A stretch of 61,447 nt of DNA, filler included, from Platydemus manokwari (taxonomy: Eukaryota), in the NCBI GenBank assembly GCA_037951405.1. It is 6 parts of 6 records of this genome, joined end to end, with 100 filler letters (N's around TTAATTAATTAA, not from the genome) between each part and the next. Parts side by side here need not be neighbours in the genome. Positions count along the whole stretch, not along the records: positions 32,442 to 42,547 come from JBBMOY011168436.1; positions 42,648 to 52,186 come from JBBMOY011235098.1; positions 52,287 to 61,447 come from JBBMOY011290095.1; 3 more parts are not named here. One strand, written 5' to 3'. Made by a program: the position numbers and the translations under genes. Below are positions 41,601 to 53,448 of this stretch, piece by piece (the first letter of the stretch is position 1; each line of letters starts with the position of its first letter). A model generated the notes under the pieces. That model saw only the letters and a list, made by a program, of their open reading frames with translations. It did not search any database and was not told where the DNA came from.

Positions 41601-42291
41601 CTTTATGGACATCATTGAACAGGAATCAAATAAAGCCAAATTATGCAATCAATTTGATCATGGAATCAGAGATATAATGAATGATCATGACAATATATTC
41701 AAAGATGATCCAGAGATCATACAACTTGACAGTAAAAACAAAGATATCCAAGTAAAATTGCATAAAGTGACAAATATCTTCATTGGGACCAATTGGAAGA
41801 CAGCTGAGGAGATTTATTTCAAGAATCCATCAGAAAATATGTTTTGTGAATCAAATAGCAATTCTCTAAAACTATTGGTATTGGCAGAATATGTGGACAA
41901 AGACACTTTCAAATTAATCACTCCAAATTTTCCAGAAAAAACTTTAAGTCGAGAATCATTGTACAAATTATACAACAAACTGGATAACAACAAAGTCAAA
42001 CAGTTATGGGATTATTTATATCGAGAAAGTGAACACAAATGTCTTCATATCATTTGTAAAGAACCGTGTTTCTTCAATAAATTTTGTACATTAGGTAAAC
42101 GTACAAAAGTAAACTATGTCATTACTGGTGATATATTTTTGGCATGGAAAAAGGTATCACTTTCTTATCCAACAATCAAGATGGATATTGTTCGAGTACA
42201 ACTTTACGACAAAACAAAATTAGTCGGAGCTCTAATTTCTCCTCGATGGTACGACAATTTCAAAAATGAATTGATAAAAAATATTAAATAA
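38665..42291 (+). CDS. SBNO: Strawberry notch homolog (SF2 helicase-like), intronless, 1208 aa
   Basis: '[17 protein letters not shown]', '[14 protein letters not shown]', 'DECHKAKN', 'SATGASEP', 'VIGLQSTGE', '[10 protein letters not shown]', '[25 protein letters not shown]', '[23 protein letters not shown]', and a C-terminal CxH..C..C.GxR motif. Confidence 0.97.
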   Translation: [1208 protein letters not shown]

Positions 42292-42462
42292 AAAAAAATT
42301 TCTTTCATATTTGACCAATAAATTATTTAATTAATAAATTTTATTTATTTTAATTTCGTTTTTAATAAAAAATGTTTGATGTAAAAATTTATTCTGACGT
42401 TCATCAGAAAAATTGAAAATAAAGTAAATTTAAGGTAGATTTAGAATTATTTTAAAATTTCA

Positions 42463-42464
<2 letters not shown>

Positions 42465-42511
<47 letters not shown>

Positions 42512-42513
42512 CA

Positions 42514-42547
<34 letters not shown>
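42465..42547 (+). repeat. (TTA)n microsatellite at contig end
   Basis: Direct reading of the sequence. Confidence 0.95.
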
Positions 42548-42647
42548 NNNNNNNNNNNNNNNNNNNNNNNNNNNNNNNNNNNNNNNNNNNNTTAATTAAT
42601 TAANNNNNNNNNNNNNNNNNNNNNNNNNNNNNNNNNNNNNNNNNNNN
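42548..42647. other. Artificial contig linker
   Basis: N44-TTAATTAATTAA-N44. Confidence 0.97.
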
Positions 42648-43978
42648 AAACAAAAAGAAGCCCTAAAATCTGAAATAATGCGGAAAATGCAAAAAGAAAA
42701 GCATAAAGATGCAAAAATAGTATAGACATTCAGATTTCTAAATGATGAAACAACTTTAACTGGCACGGAATTCTGGAATTAACATTCACTAACAAGAATT
42801 AAAGATAAGTTGAATATAGTCGACAATATGCTGATGCTAGAAAAAGAGGAGTGTTTGGCTACTATAATACCGAAAAATTTTGCCGCTCAATTTGTCAAGA
42901 CAATTCACAAGGAAATCTGCCACTTAGACAAAGAAAACCTTCACTTATTTCAACGACAGTTTTTATTGACTAGACATGTTCGACACCATCAAAGAGATAC
43001 TGAAAGAACGTATTATCCGGGCAAAGAGAAAGATTGATCAATCCAGGACTAAGGAGTTTCTGCTCTTTCGGTTAGGCTATGAGATTTACGAGCAAATAGT
43101 TGTGGATATTGTCCAAATGCGTATGATGCATAGTAGCAAGAAGTATCTAGAAGTCATTATTTTACAGATTCAGCAAGCTGGTGAGTCTCATTGCTACATC
43201 TAAGCAAGACGAAAAGACAATCTTCCAAGCCATCTTGAACTCGTGGATTTATTATGTTGGAAAGTCCAAGAGTGTTCTATCTGATAACAGGAAACAATTT
43301 GGAGGCAAATTTATGAGAGGCGTGCACAAAATTGGGAATCAAACAAGGGTTCAGCTCACCATACCAGCATCAATCAAATGTGCCAGCGGAAAGAGTCATC
43401 AGGACGGTACGAGATATGATAACAGCTATCTTAAAGGGTACGAGCCCCGAGAAAAGTTAGGCTGAATTGTTTCCAGGGGTACAGTTCTAGCATTAATGCA
43501 AAACATCAATCAACAACGTTAATCTCACCTTTCGAGATAATCAAAGGGAGGAAGATCAATGTCCATGATGTGAGTCACAAGAGCCAGACCTGAGATGATA
43601 TTGCAGCAACAGCTAGGAAAAATTCTAAAGTGGCAGCCAACATAATGTCCAACCGAGACAGAGGCAGGAGAACAAATAAAAATTTTTAGGTGGAAGAGAA
43701 GGTGAAGGATCTCCATCAGAGGAAGAAGAATGGATACCACTACAAAGGCCCCTACCGAATTACCGGATTCAAGTTAGGTAGACAAGTGGAGATTCAATTC
43801 CATCATGCGATAAAATCCAGGCGATGGAGGGGTCTTAAGAGGAGGGGAGTAACGTGGTTAAATAAACAAACACGTTGTATTTGTTTAAATAATTGATTGA
43901 CGGAGTAGTTTAGTTTCTTAAATAAATATTATATCTGTTGGGAACCTGACAAATCTGATTCTCGGTTTAATCGTGACA
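42648..43978 (+). mobile_element. Ty3/Gypsy LTR retrotransposon 3' end: decayed integrase, polypurine tract, short 3' LTR
   Basis: 'IHKEICHL' Zn-binding region, 'EQIVVDIV', 'WIYYVGKSKSVLSDNRKQF', 'SSPYQHQSN..AERVIRTVRDMI', 'YKGPYRI' (GPY/F). PPT AAGAGGAGGGGAG at 43837-43849, followed by ~130 bp bounded by GTAACG...CGTGACA. Confidence 0.85.
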
Positions 43979-44779
43979 ATAACAATATTTAATGTATAAA
44001 AGTATAGTACATGATAATATTTTATGTATAATGTAGTAATTTATAGATTTTATTATTTTTTTGTGTTAAGGCTAATTGGAAAATATCAATTAGTGGTTAA
44101 TTTTTGTAACGAATTGCAACTGATGAAATGTAACAATCATTGACGTTTTAAGCTGCTTAAATTTTATGACAATGTCGGAATTCGAAACATTTAGTTGCTC
44201 TTGCATGAAGCAATGGTTTCTATTTTTGAATATATCGCAATTTCAAGTTATTGTAATGTAGCAATAATTTTATTTTTAATCTAAAAGCTTGCAATTCGGA
44301 AAATAAATAATATTATGTAATAATTATATAATTGATATTTATTTAAAATTATATCTTATATAAAAATATAATGGCTAAAATAGAATAAATCTACAGGGAA
44401 TAAAAGAGACTTCATGAATAAAATATTAAGTATTTATAAAAATTGTATCAAAATATTTTATAATTGGGACTATTATAAGCGCCGACACAGAAAACATATA
44501 AATAGGAGTTGGAACATCACAACTCGCCCATTATTTACTAAGAAACCACTAGAGAAGATTACGTGGAGCTCATAATTTACAAGCAAACTTCGATATTCGT
44601 TCGGGATACATATTCGTCATAGGAGCACTTACAGTTTATGCCATTCATTCTCCATGCAAGCCATTATATTGATTATTTGTCCAGAACAAAGTGAGTTAGA
44701 TTGCTAATGTAAAATAATAATTACTATTATCTACTATATCGTAAATTATTGCACGATAGAGTTTAATCTCACAAAAACC

Positions 44780-45240
44780 TCTTACAGGTATTGGTTCAGC
44801 TTCTTGAGTTGAAGTTCGCAACCGTTCTTATTTTCCAGAATTGTAGGTTCTCATCGTCTAGGTGTATTTTATTGCTGTATATTGTAGTTAAAACAAAACA
44901 GTTTTGTAATTTTCTTATTTGGTGTTAATTTGTATAAATAATAAACGTTATGGTATTAATTGGTTGTTGAGGTATTGATTAGATAGAACATAGGTATACG
45001 ACATTTAAGTTTGAGACTGATTGTAATAAAATATAGTATTTGGATCATTGCTGCCTACCATACTATCTCCATATAGTATTGATAGCGAGGTGAAGACAGA
45101 ACATTATAAAATAAGGTTTCATAGAATGTATCTTGTGGGGTTGATCAGAGCTCACGGAGACTGGTCAAGGCCACATTGATCCATAATAAATTAACAAAAA
45201 ATATAAACTGATAGGAAATTTAAACAAGCAACCCAGAAAC
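44780..45240 (-). repeat. Dispersed repeat family A, copy 2
   Basis: Reverse complement aligns with 13640-14135. Confidence 0.85.
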
Positions 45241-48200
45241 ACATCATATCTACAAGTGCCAGTGATGTAACTTATATTATTCTTTTACTTTTCCTTGCAC
45301 AATAATGTAATTGCATAAAATAAAATTTTATTAAATTTAAGACCTTTGTTTTTTGCATCATCATTCGCATATGCATGTATATATATATATGCATGTGTGT
45401 CAGATCATTCTTTTATTTTTTCTTACGACAAATTGCGGTAATGGTATTTTCATTTCTACTTACTTCAAAGTGTAATTGAGCAAAATTTAAGTTTAGTTAA
45501 AATAAGTCAGTACAGAACCCATTTAGTGTATAGTAACTCAGTTTCAGTCCTAAGTAGATTACTAATATTGGTCTTCATACTATGCTTGAATTAAACAGGA
45601 CACATACGAAGAAGTATAAATCACAAGACTGAATAAAAAAATAATTCGGTTTTATAACCAAACCTTCGTTTTCAAAATATAATTGTAACTCTAGTCGATT
45701 TCTTTAAGGTGGACTTTTTTACACAACTACTATTTTGACCTGATTTTAGAGATTTCTTACGCTATCTTGAGGATATACTTGCATGTCATAGAGACTAATT
45801 AGAATATTACGACGAATTCAAATGACGTGGATATTATGATTCACCGATAAATTTGTATTCAGAGGTGGGTGTGAATTTCCAAACAATATTATTAATATTG
45901 TTATTAAGCTAAATTTAAAATGTCGTCGATATTGCTTCAATCATCAATTAATGACTCAGATCGAATTAAAAATTATGTTATTGATTATATTCTTGAGAAC
46001 CTTTAAACAAGAGCAAGATTTAATTCCTTCATGAAATTCTCACACGCATATATAAGCTGGATTTGGAGAGCCGTTTTTCTAAGTATTTTTGATGGATATA
46101 TTAAACAAATCAATCATTAATAAATGTTTTAAATTCTAAATATTTTGAATAATAGCTATTAAAGATAAAGATGTTGCACAACATCGCATACACCACATTA
46201 TTCTTACAATAAATTGCATACATGCCATACATACATTTTTTCCTATATCAAAACATAACATATACGTACGCAGATAAATTTACGCTCACTTTTGTACAAT
46301 CTGAATGGGAGAGCACGTATATATAAACTGGGATGTGTGTCATTAAAACAAACAATTTAAAATAAGTTTGCCATATAAATAAGAAAACTGTTCAGACTTC
46401 AAAATTTCAAAAATTGAATTAAATAGATTAATAACTAACATACGCATTGGATTTGGTTCATCAATATAATTGCAGGATTTATAATTTACTGATATAAAAT
46501 TATACATCATTTTGTAATTTGTACTTGTCGCATTCGATAGATATGCCGATGCTCTAAACAATTTAGTTAATTTAATATTATTCAAATCAATAATAACAAA
46601 TATATTTTTTCTCTCTTTGATAAATTTAATTCAGGTTGCAAACGTGGAAGCCTGAATGGAATTATTTTGTTATCTGATGTTTCTGATAACACACATTTTT
46701 TGAAACACTTTTTTCTGTTTTCCGTATTTATATGACATCTAAATAATTGACTTTTAATTATTTGATTACACAATGCAAATGATTGAGCGGATTTTGTATA
46801 ACTCTGATTAAAAGTAATTTCAGGTTACCTGTGTGATTGGGACTATTAGATTATCAATTGCGAACATCATATTAATGTGTATAATCCAAATTGTAAATTA
46901 ATCACAATAATAAATATATTTAGAGAATAAATGGAGTTATGCATTAAAATTGCAAATTATTAAAAAAAGTAAAATTATCGGAATAAAAATTAAAATTTAG
47001 AAAATATTTATTATTTGTTATAAAAGTAACTAATTAAGCATGAAAACACAACCTTAACAAATTTCTAAAAATAATCATAAGTTTTCAATTTTAGTTTTTA
47101 TTATTTTAAAGTTTTAAGTTTTATTTTATTAAAATAGAAAGTCACATTTCAATTTTAAAAAGTTTCCTGAATACTGAAAGTATATTTAACTCTCGAAAAA
47201 CTATAGGCTTACCTATGATAGATATTTTCTTTTGTTCGCATGTTTATACCCAACAAAAAGAAATATTCTGATCAATAACAACAGATAAAATAAAATTCTT
47301 TTAAGTAACGTAGAAATCAATGAGTCAATACGCGGTAACTAAGCAATTAATTAAATGAATAAAAGAGCTAGTTAGTTGTTAATATCAATGTGATAAATAT
47401 TGTTTTACAAAATATTTCATCACCTCAAATATTTATTATCGTTTTAAGAAAATTTAATCGACCATTCTAAATTAATCAAATAAAAGTAATACCAGAAAGT
47501 ATTTGTTTAAAAATGCTTATTTAATGAGTTTGCAAATTATTGTAGAAGATAATGAAAATGTCAAGTTATAACATTTAATGTTTATGCATAAGGAGGCCCA
47601 CTGAACTTGAATTAGAAACGATTATTCACTAGTTTCAGTTATTACAAAGATTTGTCAGATTTAAGTCGTAATTTTTTTTGACATTTTCCGATGGTAAGTT
47701 GTACCTCTAAAGGGGTTTTCATAATTATATTTTTAGAATTAAATTTAAATTTGATTTACACATCAAGCTCGGAAGAATAAATAAATAAAGATATGTATTC
47801 ATGATAATCTTTCGAACTTAGATGTCTTGTAAAATAATTAATGTTTTGATATGGAAATTATGCAAGAGTATTGTGTTGAGTTTCTGCTGTTCGAAACTTT
47901 ACAAGATCTTGTTAATTAGGCTAATAATTGAGTTCGATCTGTTTGCTTCTAATCAACCACTGGTCTGACATAAAAAAGACATTTTAAAAGTCTAATACTT
48001 TTATTTATACAGCATTAAAACACAGGTTGATTTAATTTAATTATATTATTACTTTTAAAAACGAAATGAAGACTTAATAGAGAACAATCAACCTCTCAAA
48101 TTTTTAATTTAATATAAATTTAAAAGATAGATATTATAAATTCACACTTTTACGCTACTCAGTTTTAATATATTTTGAATCACTGTGGTAAACTCAAACA

Positions 48201-50161
48201 AAGTCAGCGTTGCTTGACCAATCTGCTCAATTACGCTTGTATACTTCAAATTAGATGAGCTCTGTTTCTAAATTATACTAAACACGATTCAATTTTTGCT
48301 TTTTCTTCATTTTATCATGAAATTGGCTCACGTTCATACTATTTTCAGAGGCTAATTCCTCTACAACCCGATAATAACTTAAAATTTATGCTTTCACGAA
48401 TTTTACTATTTTTCAATTTCTATATCATAAATTAAATTTAATGCTTTAATTTTCAGTCACCTTTGATGTGAAGATCTCGATAGCCCTTTCATTAAATATG
48501 ATTTATTTACTTGATCAAACTTTTCGTCATTCCTATTGATATATTAGGGACTTATTAATTAATTTTTGCACTTTGAAAACAAATTTATTTTTATATTTTT
48601 TACGTTTTAAGTACCAACAAAAGAGAATTATTGACCATGATAAGTTAAAAATAATATATTTACTATGCAAAAGTTGCAACACTAGTTCATAAAATCGATA
48701 ATGAAATCAGAGTATCAACGGTTATTTGTCAGCACTTTTGTCTATTTTGGGTGCATTTGATGTGTCTCTATAGCTACATCTTGTTCTGACCCACAATTTA
48801 CTCTTATTCCGTAACCCACAAGAAGTAACATTTTGACTTGACATTATTGTAATTATTATTAAACTATTATTAAATTTGGAAGGGATTTATATCATTGCTA
48901 TAATTGAGCTGTATCTGTATCTGTATTTTGAGTTTTTAAGTTTTATTGTCATACAGTTCACTATTAGAACCATTTAATTGATAAATTAAAGAACTATCTC
49001 ATACAATTCAAAAATTTATATTTCTTTAGAATTTCTTTAGAAGTGCCTAAAAAATTAGTATTAAAAAAGTTAGGAAGAATAATTTTGAATTATTTTTATT
49101 TTATGAATTCCCTAAGTGGCTGAATGAATATAATAAACAAAAGATATTAATGCATAGAAGAAGTTTCGATAGACTTCACATTTGAAACATCAGTTGTGCA
49201 AGACAAATATATTTAGCAAATTTGTGCTTTTGGAGTTAATAATCCTAATTTTTTAAATTTGAATATGAAAAGAAATAAGAAAAAAATAATAATAAATTAG
49301 AAAACTTTTAGAGTAAAATCCTAAAAAATATTTTAAAATTTTCTAAGTTGTTAAAAGTGTAAGTAATAAGAAGAAATTCATTGACAGGTTTATGGAATTT
49401 ATCAAATTGCTTTTTTCCTGGTTAAATAGTACCCTGATTAAATCATGATATTATAAGTTAATTATATTCTAAGTTGCAGAAAAAATATACTAAGTAAACA
49501 AAAAGAACTAAGAAGAAATTGTCCATTCTAAATTATTTCGTGAAATATTAAGCATAATATTTGTCAGAAAAACAACACTAATAAAAAACTAAGTTCACTA
49601 AGTACAATATTTAGAATAATTTTTAAAACGTACCAAACAATTTGATACTAATTTTTACATATTCAAATCAAAGCCCGCGATTTATATTAGTTTTGTTTAA
49701 AGAAAATTTTTATTTGGCTTCCTTACATTATTAGTCATAAAATAAATTAAATGGTATATTGTTTCAAAATAATAGATTGAGAATTAAATGACGATTTATA
49801 ACTTTTTATTCATAATTTTGAAAACATTATTTAAAGTTTATATTAATTATTGATTGATATAAATTTAAGTTACTTGAATTTTTTGAACTTCGACATTGAA
49901 ACTTTCTGTTAGACAATATTTAAAATAAATATTAGATAATATTTTAAATTACCTACCTAATTGATATACTAATACTATTTTGAAATGAATGTTTTATAAA
50001 AATTAGTTAACATCAAACATAATTAAATAGTAGATGCCGAGTTAAAAATTGTAAAATCTTATTTAATATAATTAGACAGTGTTTTAATAATTCATTTAAA
50101 TTGAAAAGGTTTCAGTTATGTATAGGATGCAATTATATTAAATACACTTAAAAATTAAGAT

Positions 50162-51207
50162 ATGGCAACGATAACTGGAAATTATAACGTAACAGTTGAA
50201 TCTAGATATTATGCGTTTCTCCAAGATGATATGGAGTCTGCTGAACCTCATGTGCTTATGGCGACAGTAGAGAAAAATCGTGAACTTAGAAAAGAAAATA
50301 AAACAAAAGCGAAGAAAGAGAAACGCAATAAGCAAATAGCTGAGCAGATAAGAGAATGTAATAAAATAGAAATTACTATTGAAGAGCCTCCAAAACTTGA
50401 ACCGGAAATAAGTAAACTTTAAATAATGGTAATTTTAGTGAATTTTATAAACTTTCCAATTTAGTTGAAATTAAACAAGAACAAGTTGAAAAGCCGATGG
50501 AAATTTCTGAACCTGTTGTGGAAGATAAAAACATTGATAATAAAGTTGAAAAAAATTACCGAGGTCGTGGAAATATCAGAAGGCCAAATGGAAATTCGAG
50601 GAGAGGTGGCGGTCCAAGAAATGAAGAAAGAATCTATAATAACGATGATGGAAATCAACAAAAATCTCCAGACAATGGCTTTAACCGATTTACATCAAAC
50701 TCCAGAGGGCGACCGTTTCGAAAAGAGCGATCAGAGTATATTAATTGATTAAAAATTTCGATTGATATTTTTGCAAAATATTCAGAGGTGATAATTATAA
50801 CAAGGTTGATGATGATCAATTTGGTTCAACTAATCGTGGAAATAGCACCAGGCGAAGATTGTCTGGAAGAGGTAGTGGTCGATTTAATCGTGGAAATGAT
50901 CGCAATGCAAATGATAGAACGTTTAGTGATAGGAACACAAATGATAGAAACTCGAACGAGCGGTTGATAAGTGATAGAAACGGAAATGAAAAGAATATTA
51001 ATGACAGGAATGGAAACGAAGAACATTTGAGATCGTCTGTTTTTATTAGTTATTGTCAAATATGATCTAAATTTCAGGGATATTATACCTGAAACTATGG
51101 GAACATTCGAGGAAATGTCTATTAGACCACCAAGAAGTAATCGTGGGCGCTTTCCCAGGCCCAATAAAGGAAGCTTTAATAGATACCCTCCGCCACACCA
51201 AGAGTAA
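50162..51207 (+). CDS. SERBP1/HABP4/Vig-like RGG-rich RNA-binding protein (exons 50162-50411, 50465-50735, 50786-51034, 51078-51207)
   Basis: N-terminus 'YNVTVESRYYAFLQDDMESAEP' resembles the SERBP1 N-terminal Y.V.NRF..L.DD..DP motif, followed by a Lys/Glu-rich helix and RG/RGG tracts. Three 43-53-nt GT-AG introns join four exons in frame. Confidence 0.65.
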
Positions 51208-52186
51208 TTTTTTAATTTACTTAATTTTTAAATTTGATTTACTGTAAATTATTTTCTGATGCAAATGATAACAAAATAAACATTTAAGATTCATCAATTC
51301 ATTAGCAAGCTTTATTAATTAATTAAAATAAAATCGATATATTTCTAAGCGTTGATATTATTTAATGATATAAATATATTATAATCGTTACAATGATTTG
51401 TTATTATAAAAAATTATTTGTTTAATAATTTACTTGCGAATTAATTATTGATGTGTTGTAGTTTTGAAAAATTGTTCTTTTGTTGATATGTAGTTGTAAA
51501 TTGATATCATATATTTGTTGAATAAATTTGTATGTTTGATTTTTTAGAATTTGTACAAGAATTGTTTTCATTCAGATATGTTTATTGATTTGCTCTCATT
51601 TGATTTCTGTGGTGTTCTTTATATTTTTGAAATATATAATGGATTTTGTAAATGGAATCAAGATAAATCTTTGTCGATTTATGGTTCAAAACTTATACAT
51701 CATTGAAAGATGTATGAAATCAACATAAAATCCATTTTATAATTAAATATAAAATAAACATTTCAATATTTTGAATTTTTTATAAGTTCATTATTTTGAT
51801 TATCTTGAAAGCATATACAATTCATTTATTGACGAGGGGTGGCAGATTTATTATAAGTGTTTATTTGATGAACATGCTTATATTAAATATTTCCTATTAT
51901 TTAATGAAACAGTACATGTTAATTATCGTCACATTTGAGAATTTATAAAAAAATCTTTATAATTTATAAAACATCTTTATAGATTTTTATTGTAGAAAAT
52001 TAAAAGCAAAGTCAACTATGAAAATTTATTTGAAAAAAACTTTGAATTATCATTATTGTATTATTAATAAATGAATTAAAAAATTAGAATGAAACTGTTA
52101 AAATTATCTCAAAATTAGCAGATAAATGAATGCAAAATTACTGTAAATGTTGAACAAGTTGTTTGAGAAATCAATTTTATTGAATG

Positions 52187-52286
52187 NNNNNNNNNNNNNN
52201 NNNNNNNNNNNNNNNNNNNNNNNNNNNNNNTTAATTAATTAANNNNNNNNNNNNNNNNNNNNNNNNNNNNNNNNNNNNNNNNNNNN
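52187..52286. other. Artificial contig linker
   Basis: N44-TTAATTAATTAA-N44. Confidence 0.97.
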
Positions 52287-53448
52287 AATGAATACCTGGA
52301 TCAAATCTGGATCTGAAACTGTAAATAAAAAACCATGTTAAAGTATATTTTAATATCGCGATTATTTAAACAATATGTAATATATAAAAATCCTAATATA
52401 TTTTCTAATATTATTTATTATAAACAATTCTAATCGCACGAATTATCTGATAGTGGAACAAATAATAAAATTAAACAATGTTTTAAAATGTAATTTTATG
52501 AATTTCTCTTAAGAGAGATAAAAGATTATTTTTCATGAAACAGTAATAATATTTCTCTAGTTTTAGAATGAAAAATACAAACATAATGGAATTTGTTTCT
52601 TTTTTTAATTTGAGCGTTGATTATTAAGCACTGAGACTATCTCTACTACTTGAATCATAGTTTTGTAATAAAATAATTAATTTCTTTCTATCAAATATGT
52701 GATTAATGGTAGGCCATAAATTGATCATTGACAATACTTGATAGATAAATGTTTTTGTTTCGAATTAATTTTGTAAAATAGAGTAGTTGATCGTTTTTAT
52801 TGAATTTCTATAACAAATGTGTGCATTTGCACAACTGAATTTGAAAATCGCGAGTGTGTGTGTGTGTATTCATTAAATTGGCCTGATTAGGAACAAAAGG
52901 GGGATTTTGAGAAACATTTGTAAAATTTATTTGTTGTATAAAATAAGGCAGTGTTTTGGCACGCAATTGCAGGCTAGAAATCATGGAATTCAAAACAATT
53001 AGAAAATTTGAAACAATTAGTTCTTTTAAATAGATTTATCACCAATGCTTACAAAAATGATTCTCAGTGTATCTAATATGTGTGTGTGAGTGAGTGTGTG
53101 TGTTTCTGTGTCCACTCAATCTGGTCCATTAAAAATCGATAGGAAATAAATCTTTCTGATTTCTTTGAAATCTTTCAAAAATATGTCCAAATAGCTAGGC
53201 ATTTACAGTTATTCTGACAAATCGAGATATTTTATTTAATGAAAATCATCATGATTTTATGAAATCAATAACAAATAACCGGATACGTTTATTGATATAT
53301 AGATAGATAGATGCGTGTGTGTGTGTGTGTCAATCAATAACTCATTAACCCGATAAATACAACACTGATAAATCTGTTAACCATCACCATGGTAACATGT
53401 ATATATATATAGAGAGAGAAAATCAATAGCAACACATATATAGATGCT

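Noticed and set aside
38638-41999. Short antisense or alternate-frame ORFs overlapping SBNO (and similar ones over FoxK, the SERBP1-like gene and IFT52)
   Set aside because: Shadows of real coding exons; no independent motifs.
45700-46850. Possible mariner and CACTA-like remnants
   Set aside because: Motif resemblance too weak without a search.
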